From: a virus
Taxonomy: Duplodnaviria; Caudoviricetes
IMG/VR virus record: IMGVR_UViG_3300042885_002233
Span: 1-53,966 of that record
Reading direction: 5' to 3' (one strand)
DNA length: 53,966 bases
Part shown: piece after piece, positions 47,554 to 53,966 of the stretch
Layout: each line of letters begins with the position of its first letter
How positions within the stretch are numbered: position 1 is the first letter of the stretch
Notes under the pieces: generated by a model
What the model was told of the DNA's origin: nothing
The model's database searches: none
What the model saw: the letters and a program-made list of their open reading frames with translations, nothing else
Program-made: the position numbers and the translations under genes

Positions 47554-47859
47554 TCATTGGTCTGGTTCCTCGTCTTGTTGGTCAGGTGCCGTTCTAACCC
47601 ACGCCATGACCCACACAGCGCCGTCGTCGGCGATGCTGACAATCGGTTGCGGCGGCACAGTGATGTCGTCGCAGTGGTACACGATTCGACTTTCTTCGAT
47701 GAAGTCCTCCGATTTGATGCGATCAGACTCAATCTCGTGCAAGCAGGACTGCAACGCGGCAAGTTTTTCGTCGCCGTCGGTGCCAAGGTAAAGCTCGCCG
47801 TCGTCGTAGCGGTGGATGCAAGCGACGAGCTCGCGGGATAGGCGTTCAAGGTCAAGCAT
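47554..47859 (-). CDS. Small acidic protein
   Basis: ACCACCGGAG leader, D..A.WVMAWV C-terminal motif. Confidence 0.6.
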   Translation of the reverse strand: MLDLERLSRELVACIHRYDDGELYLGTDGDEKLAALQSCLHEIESDRIKSEDFIEESRIVYHCDDITVPPQPIVSIADDGAVWVMAWVRTAPDQQDEEPDQ

Positions 47860-47922
47860 GGTAGTTTCTCCGGTGGTTAAAAACGTATTGCAAAGCGCCC
47901 GGTGGGCGCTTCACGATTCGCT

Positions 47923-48528
47923 TTAGTCGTCCAAGCAGGTTAAATTCATAGCTGTCAAAGGGTCCACGCCCCTTCTAATTCTGCTTTTCACCGTCTCGTA
48001 CACCAGTCCCAGTTTTCTGCACCATGCACTCAGGCAAAGCGTTTCGCCGCCGTGAGAAATAATTATGTTGCGCCTTGTGTTGCCTGCTTGCTGTTCGCAT
48101 GTCGCCCATCGGCAGTTACTCGGAAAATAGCCCTTGTTGTTGTCAATACGGTCGATAGAATGCTTTGGCGATGGCCTGGGCCCCATGTCCCGGATGAAAT
48201 TTGAAAACTCTTTCCACTCGTCGCACACAGTTAACCCCCTGCCCCCATAGCTTTTATACTTTCTGCTATTTGGGTTTGTGCAGCGTTGAATCAGCGTGCC
48301 CCAAACCATATGTTCGGGGGTTCTTGAGGCCCCGTGCGTGCGAACAGCTTTCGCTGCGGCTTCGCCACGGGTGCATCCGCAGCTTTTGGACTTGCCGCTT
48401 GTCAGGTTGTACTGATACACGTTTCGCTTGGCACTGCCGCAAGCACACTGCACAACCCACAGTTTCTTGTTGCCTTGTGGTGCGGCAGCGGCAACCACAG
48501 TGAGTTGCCCAAAAGTTTCACCTAGCAT
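47923..48528 (-). CDS. HNH-type homing endonuclease
   Basis: FG.LTV, C.CG, KSCGC, RC.NP....Y..YGGRG..VC.EW and SIDRIDN..GY.P.NCRWAT motifs. Own TG-TACAAT promoter at 48562. Confidence 0.85.
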   Translation of the reverse strand: MLGETFGQLTVVAAAAPQGNKKLWVVQCACGSAKRNVYQYNLTSGKSKSCGCTRGEAAAKAVRTHGASRTPEHMVWGTLIQRCTNPNSRKYKSYGGRGLTVCDEWKEFSNFIRDMGPRPSPKHSIDRIDNNKGYFPSNCRWATCEQQAGNTRRNIIISHGGETLCLSAWCRKLGLVYETVKSRIRRGVDPLTAMNLTCLDD

Positions 48529-48557
48529 GGTGGTCTCTCCAGTTGGTTGAATGACAG

Positions 48558-48767
48558 TTAAATTGTAGCAGGATTTTTTATTGGTGCCCACTGGCTTTGC
48601 GCCGTGGTGGCACCGGGGCATACGTAGCAGCGCGGCTTCGGGTTGGTCGGGGCACTCGATGCACAGGTTTCGCAGGTGCGGGTTTCGGTGATGCGGGTCA
48701 GGTCCGCACGGGTCGCGGCTTGCTTGATCAGCCGTACAGCGGCACGTTGGTTGCGGTCGTCGCTCAT
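48558..48767 (-). CDS. Small CxxC...CxxC protein
   Basis: CETC and CYVC, ATGA-coupled. Confidence 0.55.
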   Translation of the reverse strand: MSDDRNQRAAVRLIKQAATRADLTRITETRTCETCASSAPTNPKPRCYVCPGATTAQSQWAPIKNPATI

Positions 48768-48988
48768 GCTTTCACCCAAATGATAGAACGCTCGTCGGTG
48801 CGGCTGAAGTCGCTGCAAAACGGGGTGTCAACACAATACATCCCGGCAAACTTTTGACGGCTTTGAAACGCGCAACCCGTGCAGCCGGTCGGGGATGTGT
48901 CATCCACGGCAACCAGTTCGGTGCCGTCGGGCGTGACGATTCGGTCGTAAGTGTCGCTTTGGTCGTCATGAGGGTGGAAAGTTTTCAT
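48764..48988 (-). CDS. Small Cys-rich protein
   Basis: CTGCAF...C....C....R.D...IIW, ACCGGAG leader. Confidence 0.6.
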   Translation of the reverse strand: MKTFHPHDDQSDTYDRIVTPDGTELVAVDDTSPTGCTGCAFQSRQKFAGMYCVDTPFCSDFSRTDERSIIWVKA

Positions 48989-49017
48989 GGTCAGGTTCTC
49001 CGGTTGGTTGACAGGTT

Positions 49018-49893
49018 TTAGAATGTAAGCCATGGGTTTTGAGAGCGCATCAAACGGGATTTATACTGGCCAAGGTTTTCAGCATCACCCGGTAGCAGGT
49101 ATGAGGGGAACGCTGTTTTGTTCTCTTTGGCGAAGTCTCGCAACAGTTTTCTGTCGCTTTTCATGTTCCAAATGGATTTTGACTTTGAAATTTCAATGTC
49201 GAGTTTTTTTCCAAGGTCTTTTCTAAGGGATTCGCGTTCAGCCGCTTCACGTTGGGCCGCTTCAACAGCCTCACGTTGGGCACGTTCAGCCGCTTCGCGT
49301 TGGGCACGTTCAGCCGCCTCACGTAGACCCCGGTTGGTTCTTTCGACAGCTTCTTGTGCGACACGCTCAGCCGCTTCGCGTTGGGCACGTTCAGCCGCTT
49401 CGCGTTGGGCACGTTCAGCCGCTTCGCGTTGGGCGATAACCAACGGTGCGCTGTTGTAACCGTCTTGTCGGGCCTCAGCGATAAGGCGCGATGTATCGGC
49501 AGCTTGCGCGTATTGGCCGTGCAAGATGTCAAGAGTCGCCGTTGCTTGTTGCGGGGGCACGGCAAAAAATTCTTGCTCTCCACCAGCAGCGTTTGGGTTC
49601 AGGTTGACAAAGTTGTAAATGGCGTGCGCTTGCGATTCGTACTCCAGCGCTTCAGCTTCGGTGTCGAATTCGTATGCGGCAAAAACGCTCAGGTTGTTGT
49701 TGAGCATCCCGCCGTGGGGGCTGTTGCTGTTCCAATGGTCGCAGCGCGTCGTCGGGTTACCCTTGCCAATTTTGCACAGGTTCGGGTCGATGCGAGACGC
49801 AAGCACGTAAACAAATGCGTTGCCGATGTACTGATTCGCGGCGGGTTGCGACAACCCGGCGCTTCGATAATTTGTTGCTCTTGGCAGTGGCAT
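49018..49893 (-). CDS. GIY-YIG (T5orf172-like) domain protein with AQREAAER coiled-coil repeats
   Basis: FVYVL...CKIG, E..AH and EFF motifs, 24-bp tandem repeats at ~49235-49433. Confidence 0.75.
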   Translation of the reverse strand: MPLPRATNYRSAGLSQPAANQYIGNAFVYVLASRIDPNLCKIGKGNPTTRCDHWNSNSPHGGMLNNNLSVFAAYEFDTEAEALEYESQAHAIYNFVNLNPNAAGGEQEFFAVPPQQATATLDILHGQYAQAADTSRLIAEARQDGYNSAPLVIAQREAAERAQREAAERAQREAAERVAQEAVERTNRGLREAAERAQREAAERAQREAVEAAQREAAERESLRKDLGKKLDIEISKSKSIWNMKSDRKLLRDFAKENKTAFPSYLLPGDAENLGQYKSRLMRSQNPWLTF

Positions 49894-49907
49894 GGTGGTT
49901 TCTCCGA

Positions 49908-50360
49908 TTAAGCAAACAAAACGTCAATGAAGGCAAGCGCAGCGCGGTACGCTTTGCCGTGCTGGTTGTCGCCGTGGGTGTTATCCACGGCAGCGGCAAA
50001 GGCCGTGCGGGCACCTTTGAAGCATCCTGTTTCGATGAACACTCCGCCGTCGGTTTTCAGGGCCAGCAACGTATCGTTGCGGCTTCCGACGTTGCCGATG
50101 GTGGTAAAGGTTTCGATGGTGTGAGTGTGGCGTTTCGCGCCGCGCAGGCCCGCGCCGCGCAGGTCCGCGCCGCGCAGGTCCGCGCCGCTCAGGCCCGCGC
50201 CGTACAGGTTCGCGCCGTACAGGCCCGCGCCGCGCAGGTCCGCGTAGCTCAGGTTCGCGTCGCGCAGGTCCGCGCCGCGCAGGTCCGCGCCGCGCAGGGT
50301 GTCGGCTTCAACGGTGTGCAGCACTTCGCCCGTGCGGCTGTGTTTGATTTCGATGGTCAT
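49908..50360 (-). CDS. Pentapeptide-repeat protein
   Basis: About 10 A(D/G/N)L(R/S/Y)G-type repeats, C-terminal IGNVGSR...TGCF.G domain. Confidence 0.9.
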   Translation of the reverse strand: MTIEIKHSRTGEVLHTVEADTLRGADLRGADLRDANLSYADLRGAGLYGANLYGAGLSGADLRGADLRGAGLRGAKRHTHTIETFTTIGNVGSRNDTLLALKTDGGVFIETGCFKGARTAFAAAVDNTHGDNQHGKAYRAALAFIDVLFA

Positions 50361-50422
50361 GGTCAGGTTCTCCAGTTGGTTAAAAGTTCACACTGCAAAG
50401 GGTTGCACGCAACCCTTCACAC

Positions 50423-50818
50423 TTAAACCCCTTTCAGTGCATTGATCAGGCCCGAACGGGACACAGTGCCGGTTTCACCGATGCGGGGCACGTGCAGGCG
50501 CACGACGGTAACGTCGCTGGGCCAGCGGAACAGCCACGACAACAAGATTTCCCGGTCGGCGGGGTGGATGTCGCCTTCAGCGTTCGTCGGCACGGTGTAG
50601 TGGGGGATGGTGCCAGCGGTTCGGGCAGGCTGGGTCGCGGCAGGGGGCACGGGCGGGGCCGAATCGGTCACGATGATATTGAACAAAGGCAAGCGGTGGT
50701 CCTTGGCACCGCTATGGGCTTGGATGCCCGAGTGTTGGGCGAAGGTCTCAGCCAGCACAAGGGCGCGGGCCAGTTGGTCGGGGGTCGCCGTGGCGATGGT
50801 CAGGGTGATGTGGTCCAT
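50423..50818 (-). CDS. Hypothetical protein
   Basis: TGAAAG RBS. Confidence 0.6.
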   Translation of the reverse strand: MDHITLTIATATPDQLARALVLAETFAQHSGIQAHSGAKDHRLPLFNIIVTDSAPPVPPAATQPARTAGTIPHYTVPTNAEGDIHPADREILLSWLFRWPSDVTVVRLHVPRIGETGTVSRSGLINALKGV

Positions 50819-50831
50819 GATGGTCTTTCAG

Positions 50832-51023
50832 TTATTTGTTGGTATCGGCAAAGCCGGTCAGGGTGTAGGTGTCTTGCCACTCTTTACCGCAGTCGTCGCA
50901 AATGATGTCTTGCCAAGCGGTGCCAGCGTCAACTTGCACGTGGTCGCCCGTGAGGTTGAGACTGCCACAGTGAGGGCATTTGGTGCCCCCGTGGTCGAGG
51001 TATTCCTGATTCGTCATGGTCAT
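50832..51023 (-). CDS. Zn-ribbon protein
   Basis: CPHC...CDDC, ACCGGAG leader. Confidence 0.7.
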   Translation of the reverse strand: MTMTNQEYLDHGGTKCPHCGSLNLTGDHVQVDAGTAWQDIICDDCGKEWQDTYTLTGFADTNK

Positions 51024-51092
51024 TTCAGATTCTCCGGTGGTGTCATGCAAAATTGCACTGATGATCGATGCACGCATCGATCAGCGGTGAAA

Positions 51093-51395
51093 TCAAACGG
51101 TGTATGCCCGGTCAGCTTTCAAGCCAGTCACGATGCCGTCTACAAAGGCACGAATGACGTAATAGGCTTGCCCCAGCGGCAGCACCGGGGTGATGCAGTA
51201 GGTGGCACCCGATTCGTTGGCCACACGGGCCAGTGAATAACCGCCGTTGCGGCCTTCGATGGTGAAGTGGTCGCGGTTCGTTTTGCGGTCGGTCGCGGTG
51301 GGGTCGCCTTGCCAATACGTTGCAGGGCTCCCGGTCAGGCGGTTGGCCCGGTCGGCCAGTGCTTCCAGTTGCTTGCGTGTCTTGCGTTCAGCCAT
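51093..51395 (-). CDS. Early hypothetical protein
   Basis: ACCACCGGAG leader, promoter/operator at 51436-51458. Confidence 0.7.
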   Translation of the reverse strand: MAERKTRKQLEALADRANRLTGSPATYWQGDPTATDRKTNRDHFTIEGRNGGYSLARVANESGATYCITPVLPLGQAYYVIRAFVDGIVTGLKADRAYTV

Positions 51396-51435
51396 GATGA
51401 TTCTCCGGTGGTGGTGGTGGTTGAGTGAGGATTGA

Positions 51436-51463
51436 ATTGTAGCATAGTATTTTATGCTGTCAC
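51436..51463 (-). promoter_or_regulatory. Promoter plus perfect operator palindrome
   Basis: TG-TACAAT -10, AGCATA-GTATTT-TATGCT. Confidence 0.75.
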
Positions 51464-51796
51464 GGCTTCGATGGCCTTGGATTTGCGATACGTGGTCCAC
51501 GTGTCAGCCAAGGTGTCGTTGAACAGGCCAAGGAATTCGGGCACCTTATCAGCCGGGATGCTTTTGCGGGTTTCTTCACGGGCCAATTCATGGGCCGGAT
51601 AGGCTTCGGTGCCGTTGGAGTACAGGCGAAACGGGATGCGGACAAATTGGCCGATCTGGTAAGCGGCAGCGTCAAGGTCGTTGGCCGCGAAACTGAAAAC
51701 CCGGCGGCTGTTTTCGGTGATAACCCATACGCCACGAAGGCCGAATGAGTTGGTGTTTTCGCTGCGACGGATGACAAGGCAGTTGAAGTTGGTCAT
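51452..51796 (-). CDS. Early hypothetical protein
   Basis: ACCACCGGAG leader, S.NTNSFGL motif. Confidence 0.7.
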   Translation of the reverse strand: MTNFNCLVIRRSENTNSFGLRGVWVITENSRRVFSFAANDLDAAAYQIGQFVRIPFRLYSNGTEAYPAHELAREETRKSIPADKVPEFLGLFNDTLADTWTTYRKSKAIEAVTA

Positions 51797-51866
51797 GATG
51801 ATTCTCCGGTGGTTGATTAAGGGAACACTGCAAAGCACCCGGTGGGGGATGCTTCACGGTGGGCTC

Positions 51867-52052
51867 TCAGGGGCCGGTAAGGCCCGTTTCGCGTTCCCAA
51901 ATGATTTGGGCAGCGTCGAGGTCGTCGCGGTCCAGCGCGTCGAGGTAATCGCGCCGTGTGCCGATCATGAAAGTATTCACGATGTAGAAACGGCGGCGCA
52001 GGGCACGGGTTTGGCGGTCGGTCTCGCGCAGGGCCAGTAGTAGGTGGTTCAT
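51867..52052 (-). CDS. Early hypothetical protein
   Basis: AACCGGAG leader. Confidence 0.6.
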   Translation of the reverse strand: MNHLLLALRETDRQTRALRRRFYIVNTFMIGTRRDYLDALDRDDLDAAQIIWERETGLTGP

Positions 52053-52071
52053 GGTCAGGGTCTCCGGTTGG

Positions 52072-52215
52072 TTATTCACAAAGGATGAAACAGCGCAGGG
52101 CGGCTTCGGTCTCGCACTCGGTATCGGTGTCACACTGATACGGCGATTCTTGCGCTGCAAGGATTGACGCGAGGGCGAGGGCAGCGAGGAAAACGGAAAT
52201 GGATAGGCGGGTCAT
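52072..52215 (-). CDS. 47-aa signal-peptide plus 4-Cys miniprotein, absent from the ORF track
   Basis: MTRLSISVFLAALALASILAAQESPYQCDTDTECETEAALRCFILCE, ATGA-coupled, GGAG RBS. Confidence 0.6.
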   Translation of the reverse strand: MTRLSISVFLAALALASILAAQESPYQCDTDTECETEAALRCFILCE

Positions 52216-52388
52216 GCTTGGGCTCCGGTGGTTGTCAGGGCCGTGATACGGCAGTCAGGGTGCAGGGCTTTGACCCCGTGCGCGGCCAATTGCTCGGCAG
52301 CGTATTCGCTGCGGGCTTGCGCAGTGAACGTGAGGGTTCGGGATTCGCCGTTGACGATGAACGATACGGTGGTGGTGAATGTGGGCAT
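52212..52388 (-). CDS. Early hypothetical protein
   Basis: AACCAACCACC-ATG leader. Confidence 0.55.
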   Translation of the reverse strand: MPTFTTTVSFIVNGESRTLTFTAQARSEYAAEQLAAHGVKALHPDCRITALTTTGAQA

Positions 52389-52398
52389 GGTGGTTGGT

Positions 52399-52572
52399 TT
52401 ATGCAAAAACGCCAGCAAGCAAAAGCAAACCGCCAAACGCAAACCCGCCCCATGCAATGGCGGTCCACGTTGCGACAAAAAGAGCGGCAATCTTGCCTTC
52501 GTCGGTGTCGGGGGCTTTGCTCACGCAAAACAAAACCCAAGCGATAAAAGCGATGATGACGATAAAGATCAT
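52399..52572 (-). CDS. 57-aa two-TM protein, absent from the ORF track
   Basis: MIFIVIIAFIAWVLFC...AGVFA, ACCACCGGAG leader. Confidence 0.65.
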   Translation of the reverse strand: MIFIVIIAFIAWVLFCVSKAPDTDEGKIAALFVATWTAIAWGGFAFGGLLLLAGVFA

Positions 52573-52648
52573 GGTGGTTTCTCCGGTGGTTGAGGGACTA
52601 ACTGCAAACCGCTCTTTTGGAAAAGCGGTTCACGGTTCGACCGTTGGG

Positions 52649-52963
52649 TTATTCGGGGATGAAATACTCGGGGTTGAAGCTCCAGCCCCAAGCGTCAGAT
52701 TTGGGGCCGATCAGGGCTCCGGTCTTGCCGTTGTCAGGGGATACGGCGATACAGTCTTGGTGGAGGGCGATTGACAATTCATATACCGATTGGGCGGTTA
52801 ACCCGGTGGCAATGATGATGGCGGTTTGTTCAGTGGCCGATTGTTCAAAACGCACAATGTCAAAGTTGTCGGTGTGCTGCAAAATTGCAGTTTCAACTTC
52901 CGATGAATGCAGGGTTTCGCCCGTATTGGTGTTCAGGCCGATGTTCAGGGTCAAGGTTGTCAT
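52649..52963 (-). CDS. Early conserved-looking phage protein
   Basis: LNIGL, E.T and QDCIA......G.LIGP...WG..FNPEYF motifs. Confidence 0.7.
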   Translation of the reverse strand: MTTLTLNIGLNTNTGETLHSSEVETAILQHTDNFDIVRFEQSATEQTAIIIATGLTAQSVYELSIALHQDCIAVSPDNGKTGALIGPKSDAWGWSFNPEYFIPE

Positions 52964-53075
52964 GGTGGATTCTCCGGGGTTCGATGCGGCGGGATTGCTG
53001 CATCATGGTGTGAATTGTAGCATACTATTTTTAATTTCCGTATGCCGGGGAAAAATATTTTGTAGGGACAAACCC

Positions 53076-53288
53076 TTAGATTTCAAGCGCGTCAATTCGG
53101 GCTTGGGCACGGGCCAGCGACAAAAACCAGTCAGCCCATAACAGCTCATAAGTCTCGCTGGGTTCGTCGATGCGTTCGGCTTTCGCATAGTACTGAACGC
53201 CACCGCTGTTAAAGATGACTTGCATGAGCGTGACGGTGATGCCCGATACGCTGTCGAACTGTTCAATGATGCGTGATGCTTGGGACAT
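53076..53288 (-). CDS. First early gene, hypothetical
   Basis: AACCGGAG leader, promoter TTGACC-16-TACAGT at 53317-53344. Confidence 0.65.
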   Translation of the reverse strand: MSQASRIIEQFDSVSGITVTLMQVIFNSGGVQYYAKAERIDEPSETYELLWADWFLSLARAQARIDALEI

Positions 53289-53374
53289 AGTGGCTCTCCG
53301 GTTGGTTGATGGATGTACTGTACCATGAATTGTGGTTCGGTCAATAGCTTTTTTAAGACTGTTACACTTTTTTA

Positions 53375-53609
53375 CGTTAAATTTTACGGGGATTCGGGGA
53401 TTCGGCGATTCGTTCTCTACAGGAAAGCATTCTCTATTCTCTACAATTCTCTCATTTTTCTATACTATTGCGCGCGGGAGGTTTTTCTCTATAGATTTTT
53501 CTATACTAGGAAAAATTAGGGTATAGGAAAACGGGGTGTTCGTAGAGAATAGAGAATGGTTTTGGAAAAGTCTGAGAATGCCCCACGGGCGAATCGGCGT
53601 AAATTTAAC
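53375..53609. other. Nested inverted-repeat, AT-rich region, candidate replication origin
   Basis: Perfect 17-bp IR at 53428-53444/53542-53558, near-perfect outer IR GTTAAATTTTACG/CGTAAATTTAAC, central GCGCGCG and TTTTTCTATACTA direct repeats. Confidence 0.55.
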
Positions 53610-53639
53610 TAAAACCACGGTTAAAACGCTAATAGCACA

Positions 53640-53824
53640 ACTTAAAGCGTATCGGCGTATCCCTAAACGCTAAACAGCGTATCGGCGTATCCCTAAACGC
53701 TATTTCGCCAACTTAAAGCGTATCAGCGCACCGCTTAAATTTAACTTAGCGCATCGGCGAATCTTGTAACACACTACAAATAAAGCGTATCACGATACAA
53801 ATAAAACGTATCACGATACAAATA
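53640..53824. repeat. Direct repeats built on a CGTATC core
   Basis: AGCGTATCGGCGTATCCCTAAACGCTA x2 and CGTATCACGATACAAATA x2. Confidence 0.9.
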
Positions 53825-53837
53825 GTTTGTCCTAGGG

Positions 53838-53915
53838 TTCGCCGTCTCTCTGATTCGCCGTCTCTCTGATTCGCCGTCTCTCTGATTCGCCGTCTCTTGA
53901 TTCGCCGTCTCTCTG
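53838..53915 (+). repeat. 16-bp tandem repeat x5
   Basis: TTCGCCGTCTCTCTGA, fourth copy 15 bp, followed by TATAAT at 53926. Confidence 0.95.
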
Positions 53916-53966
53916 TTCTTGATTCTATAATTGAAACCGATTCTCCGATTCGGCCCTGAAAGGGAA

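Noticed and set aside
52435-52470. Fifth copy of the GUGAA/UUUGC hairpin
   Set aside because: It lies inside the 57-aa membrane-protein ORF and matches imperfectly.
53838-53915. Possible CRISPR or mini-array
   Set aside because: The units are directly tandem with no unique spacers. The Cas4-like DUF2800 protein is a standard phage replication gene.

Overview
This window is most of a lytic-looking, short-tailed (podovirus-like) dsDNA phage genome with fairly high GC. A betaproteobacterial host is a guess from sequence style only. Two arms converge at ~29.64 kb. The + strand arm (1-29655) carries lysis genes, a chaperone-bearing tail fibre, Cys-rich accessory proteins, scaffold, major capsid, head-tail and tail-tube proteins, putative ejection proteins, a lytic transglycosylase and a 3401-aa polyvalent protein. 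An antisense RHH/GIY-YIG cassette interrupts this arm. The - strand arm (29630-53344) carries a histone-deacetylase-family enzyme, SNF2 helicase, DUF3310, VRR-NUC, family B DNA polymerase, DUF2815 SSB, DUF2800 nuclease, primase/VirE helicase, two HNH-type nucleases and ~30 small early genes. The last ~620 bp are non-coding and repeat-rich (origin/terminus-like). I see no terminase, portal, integrase, tRNA, CRISPR array or reverse transcriptase. Most notable: (1) an HDAC-fold deacetylase with its own promoter, tail-to-tail with a giant protein holding a GNAT-like segment, a possible acetylation writer/eraser pair; (2) a palindromic operator in the spacer of 6-8 leftward promoters; (3) a repeated co-varying RNA hairpin between early genes and structured leaders before replication genes; (4) an unusually Cys-rich virion. 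All family calls come from motifs recognised by eye, not from database searches.
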